Part shown: positions 25,799 to 38,160 of the stretch, piece by piece
How positions within the stretch are numbered: position 1 is the stretch's first letter
Layout of the letters: every line of letters starts with the position of its first letter
NCBI RefSeq assembly: GCF_006345805.1
Contig: NC_042999.1
Span: 90,520,001-90,584,000 of the forward strand
Source: Octopus sinensis
Lineage: Eukaryota
Direction of reading: 5' to 3'
Length of the DNA: 64,000 bases
Notes under the pieces: generated by a model
What the model was told of the DNA's origin: nothing
The model's input: the letters and a program-made list of their open reading frames with translations, nothing else
The model's database searches: none
Position numbers and translations under genes: made by a program

Positions 25799-27676
25799 TG
25801 ATGCAGTTTGGGTTCGTGCCAGGAAAAAGCACCACTGATGCTATATTCCTGGTAAGGCAGCTGCAGGAGAAATACCTAGCCAAAGATAAGCCCCTGTACC
25901 TGGCTTTCGTTGACATGGAGAAAGCCTTTGATAGGGTCCCCCGATCCCTCATCTGGTGGTCAATGAGGAAACTAGGGATAGATGAATGGCTGGTGAGGGC
26001 TGTGCAAGCCATGTACAGAGATGCCGTAAGTAAGGTTAGGGTTGGAAACATGTACACAGAAGAATTCAAAGTAGAGGTTGGGGTCCACCAGGGTTCAGTA
26101 CTCAGCCCCCTCCTATTTATCATAGTCCTCCAGGCAATTGTGGAGGAATTCAAGACAGGTTGCCCCTGGGAGCTCCTCTATGCTGACGACCTCGCTCTAA
26201 TTGCTGAGTCACTATCAGAACTGGAGGAGAAGTTCCAGGTGTGGAAGGAGGGTTTAGAATCGAGGGGCCTTAGAGTCAACCTAGCTAAAACCAAAGTACT
26301 AATAAGTAGAAAGGTAGACAATCCACAAATATCCTCAGGAAGATGGCCCTGCTCGATCTGTAGAAAAGGTGTAGGTAGAAACTCTATAAGATGTACCCAG
26401 TGTAAGCTATGGACACATAAGAGGTGCAGCAATGTCAAAGGTAGGCTAACTGGGAAGTTAGTTTTTGTATGTGGCAGATGCTCAGGAGCATTGACCTCCG
26501 AAAATCTGCAGAAAACAACTTCCGTCACTTTCCAGGGGGAAAAACTAGAAGTAGTTGATAGCTTCTGTTATCTAGGTGACCAAGTCAGTAGTGGGGGTGG
26601 GTGCGCTGAAAGTGTAACTGCTAGAATAAGAATAGCCTGGGCAAAGTTTAGGGAGCTCTTACCTCTGCTGGTGACTAAAGGCCTCTCGCTCAGAGTAAAA
26701 GGCAGACTGTATGATGCATGTATATGAACAGCCATGCTACATGGCAGTGATACATGGGCCGTGACTGCTGAGGACATGCGTAAGCTCGTGAGGAATGAAG
26801 CCAGTATGCTCCGATGGATGTGTAATGTCAGTGTACATACTCGACAGAGCGTTAGTACCTTGAGAGAAATGTTGTACCTAAGAAGCATCAGTTGTGGTGT
26901 GCAAGAGAGATGATTGCGCTGGTATGGTCATGTGGCGAGAATGGATGAAGATAGGTGTGTGAGAAAGTGCCAATCCCTAACAGTTGAGGGAACCCGTGGA
27001 AGAGGTAGACCCAGGAAAACCTGGGACGAGGTGGTGAAGCACGACCTTCGAACGTTAGGTCTCACCATGGAAATGACTAGAGACCGAGACCTATGGAAGT
27101 ATGCTGTGTGTGAGAAGACCCGACAAGACTAGTGAAGCCATAACCCGTGGCCCCTACCTGGGACGTAGTCAGTCCACCTGTGCATACCTTCCTCCTTGTG
27201 ACAGTTGTGAAGACCTGTTGAGGCAAGTGAAAATCAAAATCAAAATCAAAATCAAATCAAATCAAACCAAATAAAAATAGATGAACATCAATGGAATTTG
27301 TATCCTTGTGGGTGGCACATAAGAAAACCATCTGAACGTGACCGTAGCCAGTACCACATCGACTGGCCTCCGTGCTGTGGGAACGTAACAAACAACATCC
27401 GAGCATGGCCGTTCGCCAGCCTCGTCTGGCACCTGTGTCAGTGGCACATAAGAAAACACCATCCGAGCGTGGCCATCTGCCAGCCTCGTCTGGCACCTGT
27501 GTCGGTGGCACATAAAATCACCCACTACACTCTCGGAGTGGTTGGCGTTAGGAAGGGCATCCAGCTGTAGAAACACTGCCAGATCTGACTGGCCTGGTGC
27601 AGCCTTCGAGCTTGCCAGACCCCAGTTGAACCGTCCAACCCATGCTAGCATGGAAAGCGGACGTTAAACGATGATG
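25799..27676 (+). mobile_element. 5'-truncated young RTE LINE: RT, PHD-type finger, thumb/C-terminus and 3' UTR
   Basis: Open frame [50 protein letters not shown]. In-frame TGA stops at about 26725 and 26911; ends REKT-like CEKTRQD* at 27132. 3' UTR ends gttaaacgatgatgat. Both flanks are microsatellite. Confidence 0.96.
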
Positions 27677-27678
27677 AT

Positions 27679-27764
<86 letters not shown>

Positions 27765-27765
27765 A

Positions 27766-27796
<31 letters not shown>

Positions 27797-27821
27797 CATA
27801 CATATATATATATATACATAC

Positions 27822-27857
<36 letters not shown>

Positions 27858-28605
27858 TCATGTGTCTGTGTGTACGGGGAGGGAACATGACTGCTGATGT
27901 TCTGGAGAAAATGGATAGACCTCAGTGGCTAGTGGGTTCACAGACGTTGGTCCACAGTAGAGAATACAAGCATCGGCAGAAAGGATATGCCAGATGAAAT
28001 CGAGTAAACATAATATACAATTTAGAGTAAGGACTCGGTAGTGTCTTCTTGATATCAAGAAATCTTCCTAGGTGAATGTAGGAAAATAATGTGGTTAAGT
28101 TCTTCATATCCAATAATCAATTCCTTGTGGTCAGTTGTAAGATTTAGTTGCAAATGAAAAATCACAATAAAGAATTTGCTGAAGAACATTCAGTGCTAGT
28201 CAACTAAAGCAAACTTAAATGAGTCAATGAGGAAGTTAAACCACTTTCAAATCACATCCAACAGTTGTACAAATAGGACATGTTAGATAATGTCCTTTTT
28301 GTACACAAGCCTCTTTTTTTTTCCCTCTCTTAAGTCTACCACATTCAGTCACTCAATACTACAAATGATATATGTTAAATTGTCCTTCATACTGTTTCTT
28401 TTTTTCTTTCCCCTCTCTAGCTTGTATTTAACGGTACCCTTTAATGTTTTCGTCTCTCTCCCTCTTTGTCTCTCTCTCTCTTTGTCTCTCTCTCCCTTCG
28501 TCTCTTTCTCTTTCCTTAAACTTAGAGCCCACTTGTAATTTCTTTCTTGTATTTTCCTTTACTAGCTTATGTATAATTGTATTATATAATGTTTTTCTTC
28601 TCCTT

Positions 28606-28656
<51 letters not shown>

Positions 28657-28729
28657 TACGAACCTTACCCAAATGCTTCACAGGCAAGGAATAGCAGTAA
28701 AAATTCTTTTGGATGAGTAATAGTAACAG

Positions 28730-28915
28730 TAGGGGTGGGGTAAGCATTCCGCTCATTGAGAAATGGATAAAGTAATTGAGGTAGTCAGGGTGTCCAATTG
28801 GATAATCAAGCCAAGGCTAGTTATAGGCAACACAGTAGCAGTATTTATTTCTGGATATGCTTAACAGGGCAGGTATAACAGAAGAAAAGGACTGCTTCTA
28901 TGAAACCTTTCTGAA
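28730..28915 (+). mobile_element. RTE apurinic endonuclease fragment
   Basis: GVGV..EKW..KVIEVVRVSNWIIKPRLVIG..ISGYA..EEKDCFYETF resembles the RTE APE motifs GVG / SAYAP / KD.FY. Confidence 0.7.
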
Positions 28916-28924
28916 GACCTTACA

Positions 28925-29125
28925 TCAGTCCACTCAGTTGGCAAAAATGAGAAGTACTTGTAATTCAAGCAGTCAGTCTTGTCACATTCTGTGTCACACT
29001 GAATCTCCCTGATTATGTTAAGGGTACATGTGTCTGTGGAACACTCAACCACTTGCAAGTTAATTTCACGAGCAGGCTGTTCTGTTGATTGGATCAACTT
29101 GAACTCTTGTTGTAACTGACAGAGC
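28925..29125 (+). mobile_element. Old 5'-truncated copy of the SINE at 46036-46359
   Basis: cagtccactcagttggcaaaaatgag..aagggtacatgtgtctgtggaa..ttaatttcacgagcaggctgttc aligns to that element. Confidence 0.85.
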
Positions 29126-29363
29126 ACTGGTTTATATTTATGTATGTATGTGTATGTATGTATATGTATGTATATGTTGCTCTCTGTCTCTTTTTTTACT
29201 TACACATGTACACATACACACACACTCACACACACATGTATATAGAGAGAAAGAGAAGAGAGAATTAGAGAGTGAAATGAAGAGAAGGAGGAAGAGAGAG
29301 GGATCGTTAATTTTTTATTTCTTAGTATTTCTTATAATGCAGTCATTTATTTGGTATTTACTT

Positions 29364-29565
<202 letters not shown>

Positions 29566-30799
29566 ATTAAAAACAACATCCACAACAATAATCTTCTCAA
29601 CAACTCTAATGAAACAATATCCATTTTCCTCACCTCCCAATCTCCTCGATCACCTTGAGTTATCTATCAATCTTAGGTTCCATCTCATTTGTTCCATAAA
29701 TCAACCATAAATAGGTAATGGAGCAGCTGAGAAAAAATTCTGTTCACATCACAGAAATAGCAAACATACTCAGTGAAAACGTCTCAAGATTCCTCTTGTT
29801 ACATTCTCCAACATAACTTCCTTTCTGAATAACAAGCAACTAAATATCAAAGAAACTATTCCACCTCTCTGTAAATGTCTCCACCAGAATAGCTGCTGGC
29901 AGAATAGAAACAAAAGTGGTGTTCGTGTTTTTTTTTATCATTTTCATTTTCATGAATATGCCAATGCATGATTTTGTTTCTTATATTCTCTCAATCATTT
30001 TCCCATCAAGCTTTTTTCTTCTTTACAATTTCTCCAAGAAAATTGTAAATGTTTTATTTTATTATTTTATTTTGATTTATTTTATTATACATTTCCTTCT
30101 CTTCTATTTTTATATATTTTATATTTTTTTTCCCCCAAAACGTTGAAATCAAATTCTCCTTGTTTCAATTTTTTTCCTTCCAGCTGATTCAACTATGATC
30201 TGCCATGTCATATTTTTCCATTAGGTACTTTTCTCACTACTAACAATTATGACATACCTACAAAGACATACATCTACTTGCTATTTCCTCATGTTTTCTA
30301 ATGATTTCTTCTTCCTAGGAAAGACATTACTACCATACTTCCCACTTGGCATTAAATCTGAACCATCACTGTGGATATTACTTCTTGGCTGGTTCATTCA
30401 AATATTAAGAATATATCTAAAGGAATGGGATAACAATCATCTTTATTTGATGTAACAATAATCAATGATATATAATAAATTCTTATTTTGGTATCATGCA
30501 CTTATGTTGTTCTTGTCTTTCACAATAACATTGCAAAAGATGAAAGTAATATTATGCTTTACAACAGAATTTCTAAAAAGTACTTTGTATTTCTTCTCAA
30601 ACTTCCGACTTTCAGAGTTTTTATGTAATCATTAATAATTCATGCATAAAGCCAACAATTTTGAGGCTGGGGGTTCATTGCATCAATACCAGTACTTGAC
30701 TAGTATAACATTTTATTGACAAAGGACCAAGATATCTAGTGCCTTGCTGTAGTAGTTAATGCCACTCTCCCTGCTGAAGAAGACTGGCCTGCAAGAGCC

Positions 30800-31095
30800 C
30801 TGTGCTGGTGCCAAATAAAAAGCTTCTGTGCCAGTGCCATATAATAGCACCCATGCTGGTGCCATGCAAAAGCACCTATGCTGGTGCTACATAAGAGGCA
30901 CCCAGCACAATCTGTAAAGTGGTTGGAAGGTTGGTGTTAGGACGGGCATCCAGTCATAGAAACCATGCCACATCAGACTGGAATCTGGTGCAGTTCTCCT
31001 GCTTGCTGACTCTGGTCAAATTGTCCAATCCATACCAGCATGGAAAATGGATATTAAATGACAATGACAACGATGATGAAAATGATGATAATTAT
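30800..31095 (+). mobile_element. Family B 3' module, old variant with about four 25-26-bp tandem units
   Basis: Units resemble tgctggtgccacataaaaagcacc, followed by gtggttgg..ggcatccag..agcatggaaaatgga..gatgat. Confidence 0.8.
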
Positions 31096-31772
31096 GATGA
31101 TGACTCTGAAAGTATGAAAGGCAAAGTTGACTTCAGCATTTGAACACAGAAAGTAAAGAGTTGGTAAAAATGCTACAGGGCACTTTTTTTAATGCCGCAA
31201 TGATTCTGTCAATCTACCACTTTAATGATGTAATATAGTAATAAGATGTTCTTATTGATGGATCCCATTGTTGGTTTGAACTGACCCAAAGCTGAAAAAC
31301 AATGTACTATAAAACTGTAAAATAGTTCATTAGCATACAGGTCTGAGCTTAATCACTCCATTAGAGGTAGTAAGAAGAAATGTTGCATTCAATAGATCTT
31401 ATCCAGAAGGCGGACTACCTGTTGATAATATGTACAAACATGAACACTCAAGTGGTTGATGATCATCTAATAAAACAATCATGAAAGAAAAAGAGAAAAG
31501 TTCAATAAATGCATGTTTGATCCTGTGTAGAAATGTGGAGTGAATGTTTTGTGAAGTTACAGCTATATCATAGGACTGTTCAGTCAAACCTGTCTACTGT
31601 GACTCAAACAGCAAAAGCCATAAAAAAACCTAGCAGTATTCCTTCACTAATGTAAATAGTTGGATTTGGTAAATCTTCTCTGATATCTTCTTACATAATA
31701 GTAAATTGGTTTTCTGGTTTTGTGTTACAAACAGTATTAACTATAAGAAACTGATATTTTTCTTCAACAAAT

Positions 31773-32215
31773 AGGCACAGGCTGTGTGGTAAGAAGCTTG
31801 CTTCCCAGCTATATGGTTCCAGGTTCAATCCCACAGCATAGCACTTTGGGCAAGTGACTTGGGCTGACTGAAGCCTTGTGAATGGATTTGGTAGATAGAA
31901 ACTGTAAGAAGTCCGTTGTATATGTGTGTGTATGTGTGTGTGTGTGTGGTGTGTGTGTGTGTGTGCGTGCATGCATGTATGTGTGTATGTATACGTGACT
32001 TTATGTCTGCGTTTGACCTCCACCCCCACTTGACAACTGGTGCTGGTGTGTTTACATCCTGGCAGATTAACAGTTTAAAAAAAGAGACCGATAGAATAAG
32101 TATCAGCCTTTAATAAAAAGTAAGTATTGTGGTCAATTCATTTGACTGTAAATTCTTCAAGGTGGTACACCAGTATGGCCACAGTATAATGAGTAAAACA
32201 AGTAAAAGGTAAAAA
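31773..32215 (+). mobile_element. SINE family A
   Basis: Head, CORE-like segment, (TG)n and 3' half. Confidence 0.85.
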
Positions 32216-32262
32216 ATAAATACGCACACACACACACACACACATACATGTGTATGCATGTC

Positions 32263-33768
32263 ATTGTTCAGTTTTATTTCAAGATTTCTGGCCAATAGAG
32301 AAAGAGCTGGTTTCTAACCTAGATCCAAAGCTCCTTCATTGGAATTTCAACATAAACAACAGGGTATTTTTGTTTGTATGTATGTATGAATGCATGTATG
32401 TATATGTGCTGATTTGTATGTTTTGTTTTATGTATATATTTTCATGCATATAGTTGCATATCAAGATGTGCTCATATATATTTAAATGATAAACTTCTGG
32501 AAAATTTTACAGTTCCAGTGATGGATTGGATCTGTAGTCTTGGAATTAGCTTCCTCCTTTCTGGTTTTCAGAAGACTAATGTCTCAAGATTGGTATTTAG
32601 GCAGTGTGTTATGTATCCCAGGGCCCCAATAATTACAGGTATAAACCTGAACTTCTAATCTTCAGATTTCCCAATAGTTCAGTGTGGATATTCTCTTTTT
32701 CACTGATCTTCAGCTTCATGTTAACATCTGCTGAGCAGCTAATTTTCACAACTGTACACACTTTCTCTTCTCTATCCCAAATCATTATATCAGGTCTGTT
32801 GTGCTTACATTTTATTGAGGTTTTCACTGGAACATTCCACCAGTACTCCTTTTTATTTGAAGTGGTTATGGATTCTACTGTACTGTTCTCAGGGTTATCC
32901 TTCTGATGGATTTCATTATAGAGTGTCCTTGCTACAACATCATGTCTCATTGGTAGATAACACCGGAATGACATTATTGGACAACTGCTTATGATGTGGG
33001 TGACATCTTCAGTGTTAACTCCACAAAGTCTGTATCGGTTGTCACATTTTACTGGTTTTCTTGCATCTCTATCCCTTTTGTGAATCAGGTATTTGGTTGA
33101 TATTTCTTTTTCCTGGATTGCAAACGCATACCCTTCAAAGCAGGAGGTAGTAATCCAGCTATTGGTCCATGATAGACTGCTTTGATGATCAATGCTATTA
33201 TCATCTCGGAGCTTTCTACTAACATATTCATGCATAAACTTCTGCTCATATAGGCTCATCCTTTCATCTGATGATGTTGTGGTAGAGTCATGTGACTTCT
33301 TTGGGCATGTATTTAAGGTTATCAGACAAGGAATGTTGCTCAACGAGCTACTTTTCAAGTCTTATGTTGTTATCAGCCTCATGTATGCCAACTTGGTCGA
33401 GGGATGCACTTTAACACTTGGTGGTTAAAAGATGTTGCTGAAAGGATATGATATGACACTCAAAGGCAATTTGGATCAATGTTAAGCCTCTGCTGCCTTG
33501 TTTTCATTTTAGGTAGAGGTGGTTTACATCACTGTTTATGTGGAAATTATGTGTGCTTGTTAGTATTTTTCAGGTTTTCTCATCAATAGCTCAGATCTCA
33601 TCAAGCATTTAATCAAGCAGCCCAAATGTTGGTATGATTACTAGCACTGCAAATACATTGTGGGCTACTGTTTTATTGAATGCAGAGAGTTTTGAGGTTC
33701 AAATTTTCTTTATTCGGCTGTAATATTCTTTTGTGACACATGTTTTGTTACAGGTGCCATTGTAAGAT
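32263..33768 (-). mobile_element. R4/Dong-type LINE, 3' part (RT thumb, zinc knuckle, RLE, 3' UTR)
   Basis: TKEYYSRIKKI..SAFNKTVAHNVFAV, HINSDVNHLYL..RGL, FEGYAFAIQEKEISTK, RLCG..EDVTHIISSC, RHDVVA, HNRPDI. The 3' UTR ends gaaataaaactgaacaat. Confidence 0.9.
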
Positions 33769-33781
33769 ATGTTTGCATCCA

Positions 33782-34283
33782 TCATCATCATTGTTCGACC
33801 GTGGTCGAGACAATGGAATTTACTATGTTACGCCAGACTTCACGGTCCATCATAGCATTACAGAGGTCCTGTTGCTGGATGCCTGTATCGCTGGAGATTA
33901 CATCAGGGTAGGAGAGTGTGCGCCCTCTGGTATTGCGAGTAGATGGCTTCCAGAGGAGAAGAGTAGAAATTACTTCTTTTTCAGCTCTACAACAATGTCC
34001 AGCAAACTGGACTCTCCTACCTTTCACAAGAGATGACACAGGTGGTAATTTCCCATATATTTGCATTTTGGTTGGATGGCACTTCTACGAGAGATTTTGA
34101 GCTCTCATAAGGAGGTGAGTGTAGGTTCCATCCAACCGCCTCTCAAGCTTCTTTGATAACGTCCAAGTTTCTGAGCCGTATAGTAGAATTGGTTCGACTG
34201 TGGCTTTGAATATTTCAAGTTTGAAGTCTCTACTTAGATTTGATGACCAGATCTTATGCATGTCATTACAGGCTGACCAGGCC
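33782..34283 (-). mobile_element. 5'-truncated RTE-like LINE nested in the R4/Dong element
   Basis: AWSAC..KIWSS..VEPILLYGSETW..FAGHC..MMDREVWR and a (GAT)n tail. 13-bp TSD atgttt(g/a)catcca at 33769-33781 and 34284-34296. Confidence 0.92.
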
Positions 34284-34296
34284 ATGTTTACATCCA

Positions 34297-34415
34297 CTTC
34301 TAGATACCTGTAACATTCCTCGTCAGATATAGGGGAAACAGTCAAATCACTGATGGAGATGTTACTAGTCTGGTTTATAGTTTTCCCCCTTTTCACAACA
34401 TCATAGATAAATGAC
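34297..34415 (-). mobile_element. Upstream piece of the interrupted R4/Dong RT
   Basis: KRGKTI..SPISDEECYRYLEVD rejoins ANISYNGTCNK across the TSD. Confidence 0.8.
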
Positions 34416-35179
34416 TGGGCTTGTTAATAATTTCTTTAAAAAAATATCAAGTTAATATTTTCTTCGATTCTTAAAAGAAAACTTAAAAAAGACAGAAGAC
34501 AAAAGAGAAAAAATCCTTTATTGAAAATGAAACATTAGCTCACTTTTTGTTGATGTTTTCTGGCTTGAAAGAAATTTGACTTGTTTACAACATAATTCCA
34601 AAGTAGAATGGCTGTTTATATTTGCAACTGAAATGGATGAGGGTTGTGGAACATGAAAGCTCCTGGCAAGTTTAGACTGTAAACTGATTTCAATTCTGAG
34701 TTGATGGAAGTCACTTAAGCTTTTGATGCCTTCGGTGATACACACACACACACCACACACACACACACACACACAATACAGCTTCTTAGTTTCTGTTTCT
34801 ATAGCAACAAAGAGTTTCTCTAGGTGTTTCTCTTGTTGTATTGATCAAACTTAAGGAATGAACATGATGTTGCATAATATAGAGACAAGAGCCCAGAATG
34901 TAGAAGATAAGAGGGAGCTTAAGAGAAATGAGTATGTAATATAAACCTGCATAAAAATGAGAGCATGATGGAGAGAGAGAGAAGAGCTGGTTATTATAAA
35001 TTTTAATGCAAACAAAAACAACTGCACTGGAGTAGAAAAAGATAGAAGTGTTGAAATCAGATTGATCTTTTGCTGGTGGATTGCACATATGAGATAACAA
35101 AAGATCACAATGTATAATGATACAAGTATGACGTCTCTTCATTTTACAAAAGAAAAAAAAGGATAAAGTTCCTTCTTTA

Positions 35180-35405
35180 GTCATATAGACTCAGAGCATC
35201 AGTTTCCCTGATTCTCTGGCCCACAACCTACTCCTCACTGAACAAGAAGCCAGTCCATCCCAGGGATACTCATCTTTGTTTGCTGAGTGGACTGGAACAA
35301 CATGAAATGAAGTGTTTTCACACAAGAACTCAATGCATCGCTTGGAATTGAAACCACAATCTTATGATTACAAATCCAACACCTTAACTAAACCGTGCGC
35401 CTCCT
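35180..35405 (-). mobile_element. tRNA-derived SINE (family C variant, V-domain-like segment)
   Basis: Minus-strand head and ttcaattcc box, the ttccagtccactcagc module and ccctgggatggactggc. Confidence 0.7.
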
Positions 35406-35479
35406 TCAACAGAATATAAAAATGGATGTTAAGGTGCACTCACACACACAAACATACATATACACACACATATATATAT

Positions 35480-35655
35480 ATATATATATATGACAGGCTT
35501 CTTCCAGTTTCCATCTACCAAATCCACACGCAAGGCTTAGAAGATGACACTTGCTCAAGGTGCCATGCAGTGGGACTAAACCTAGAAACATGCAGTTTAG
35601 GAAGCAAGCTTCTTACCACACAGCCATGCCTGAATCTCTCTCTCCCCCTCCCCCC

Positions 35656-35703
<48 letters not shown>

Positions 35704-36178
35704 CAACATCACCTTACTGACACTTGTACTGGTGGCACATGTAAAACAACATTTGAGCAAGGTCATTGCCAGTGCCGCTGGACTAGATCCTGTGCAAGTG
35801 GCACATAAAAAACACCACTTGAGTGTGGGCATTACCAGTACTACATGGCTGGCCCGTAAAAGCAACCACTACACTCTTGGAGTGGTTGGTGTTAGGAAGG
35901 GCATCCAGCTGTAGAAAGTCTGCCAGATCAGATTGGAGCCTGGTGCAGCCATCTGGCTCACCAGTCTGTTTGTCTGTGTTTGTCCCCCCAACATTGCTTG
36001 ACAACCGATGCTGGTGTGTTTATGTCCAAGTAACTTAGGGGTTCGGCAAAAGAGACTGATAGAATAAGTACTAGGCTTACAAAGAATAAGTCCTGGGGTC
36101 AATTTGCTCGACTAAAGGCAGTGCCCCAGCATGGCCACAGTCAAATGACTGAAAAAAAGTAAAAGAGTAAAGAGTAAA
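35480..36178. mobile_element. Cluster: SINE A 5' half (-, 35480-35628), family B module (+, about 35700-35960), SINE A 3' half (+, about 35966-36178)
   Basis: Each segment matches other copies in the window. Confidence 0.85.
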
Positions 36179-36844
36179 AGGAGGTTTATTAAATGCTCAG
36201 GTATTTTCCAACTTCCAACCTGGAAACTTGCAGCACACCTGCAGATCATATGTAAGTCATAAGCATGCCATGATATATATTTTGAAAAGACTGTTTTAGA
36301 GCAAAGGAAAGAAAATATTCTATGTAGAATTAACAGTATACCATTCTTTCCTAGTCAGCATATTTGCATCCAGTCTGCATTAAAATACAACCCAGAAATG
36401 TGTCACACAATCCCAGTGGATGATAGATTCAATATTGATTGGAGAACTTCTTGTTTAAGAGGTTTCTTCTATGTAAACAACAATGAAAGAAGATTGGCAA
36501 ACATCTTGGAAGAAATTTATAGAGTGAAGATGAAGAAATATGACTGTTTTACAGATAAAATTTGAAGGATAATTGCAACAGAAGTATGTTTTGTTGAAGT
36601 TGTAATAAAAAAAAAGATAATTCTTGTGAATCTGTCCATATATTAATGGTTTCAGAATTCAGTAACCTGTGTGATTTAATAAGAGAATTTACCAAAGATT
36701 CCAGACATTTCTAATAATTCAGGCCTTCAACTAAAATGAGATTAGAAGCCAATACAGGCAATGATATGTCTCCAAAACTGATCAGAAAAGTAAAATAAAA
36801 CAAAAATTAAGCATTGCATATAATCAGTATTGGTGAATACATTT

Positions 36845-37076
36845 TCTTGATACTACTACTACAACTACTATTACTGCTGCTGCTACTGCTGCTGCTGCTG
36901 CTTGCTGTCATCATCTTCACCACCATCATCATCGCCACTACAGCTGCTGTTGTTGCTGCAACTATGACTACTACTTTTACTTCTACTGACACCACAACTA
37001 CTAGTACTGCTATTAGCACCATGTTTACTACCTTGTCACTACTGCTACTGCTGTTGTTGTTGCCACTACTGTAGTA

Positions 37077-37155
<79 letters not shown>

Positions 37156-37225
37156 CTTCTTCTTCTTCTTCTTCTTCTTCTTCTTCTTCTTCTTCTTCTT
37201 CTTCTTCGTCTTCTTCTTTTTCTTC
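36845..37225. repeat. Compound (CTA)n/(CTG)n/(CTT)n repeats
   Basis: Directly visible. Confidence 0.95.
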
Positions 37226-37904
37226 TTTGTCAATATCATCTTTCCTTTACCACTCTGCAGCCATGCTCTTTGTCTTATCTTACAATAGTTTCTTCTTGTC
37301 ATATGAAAACAATCATATCTCACTTTCTCCACTCCACTTGTTGCTTCCTTCAACCATTGTGTCTCTTAGTTCTGACCTTCTTCTAAAACTGCTACTACTG
37401 TGTTGAACTTTCTCTCTGCAATATAATTCCCTTGTCATCCAGAATCCTCTAAATGATCATTCAGCATGCAAGAAATAACAGCCAAATCTCTTTCAACAAT
37501 AAACCCAAAGATTGTGGAAAGGTACACCACATTGGATAATGTAGTTCTGGATGTGCAATGCCCAAGAAAAAGACAGAAAACTTATAGTGAGATAATCTTT
37601 CCTTATAAATCTACTCACAGTATTAAACCAGCAGAATTTTTGGAGTGTTGGTAAAAATGGCAGACAATATTTCTCAAATCTTACTGAGGTTAACTATGAT
37701 TTTCGTCCTTTTTAGGATCAATAAAATGAAACACCGATCAAGTACTGGGGTTGATGGTACCAAGTAAACTGTCCCCTTAAAATTGCTGGCCTTTGCTTAA
37801 ATTAGAAGCAATTATGTACCTGCTCAGTCAAACTAACCTGAGTCTAAGTAACAACATAAGTTTTCATAATTACCGTCAATGTTATCTTCTCTGGCCATTT
37901 TGCC

Positions 37905-38160
37905 ATACTAGTGTGGGTTGATGTCCTTCTGCCTCTCAACCCTCAAATGTGACATGCCAAGCACTTGACTGGAATCTCCAGGGGAAAAGGAAGTGAGGAC
38001 GCCAAAGCAGACATAGAAGAGGAGCATTTTGGGCAAGCTCAGGACCACCGGCCTGACATGGGAAGCAGCCAAGAAGCACACCAATGACTGCAAAAAGTGG
38101 AAAGCAACTGTTGAGGCCCTATGCTCAACAAGGGGTAAAAAGGATTAAGAAGAAGAAGCA
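37905..38160 (+). mobile_element. 3' end of a different RTE family with a (GAA)n tail
   Basis: ALDWNLQGKRK*GR..WEAAKK..KKWKATVEALCSTRGKKD* then gaagaagaag. Confidence 0.8.
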
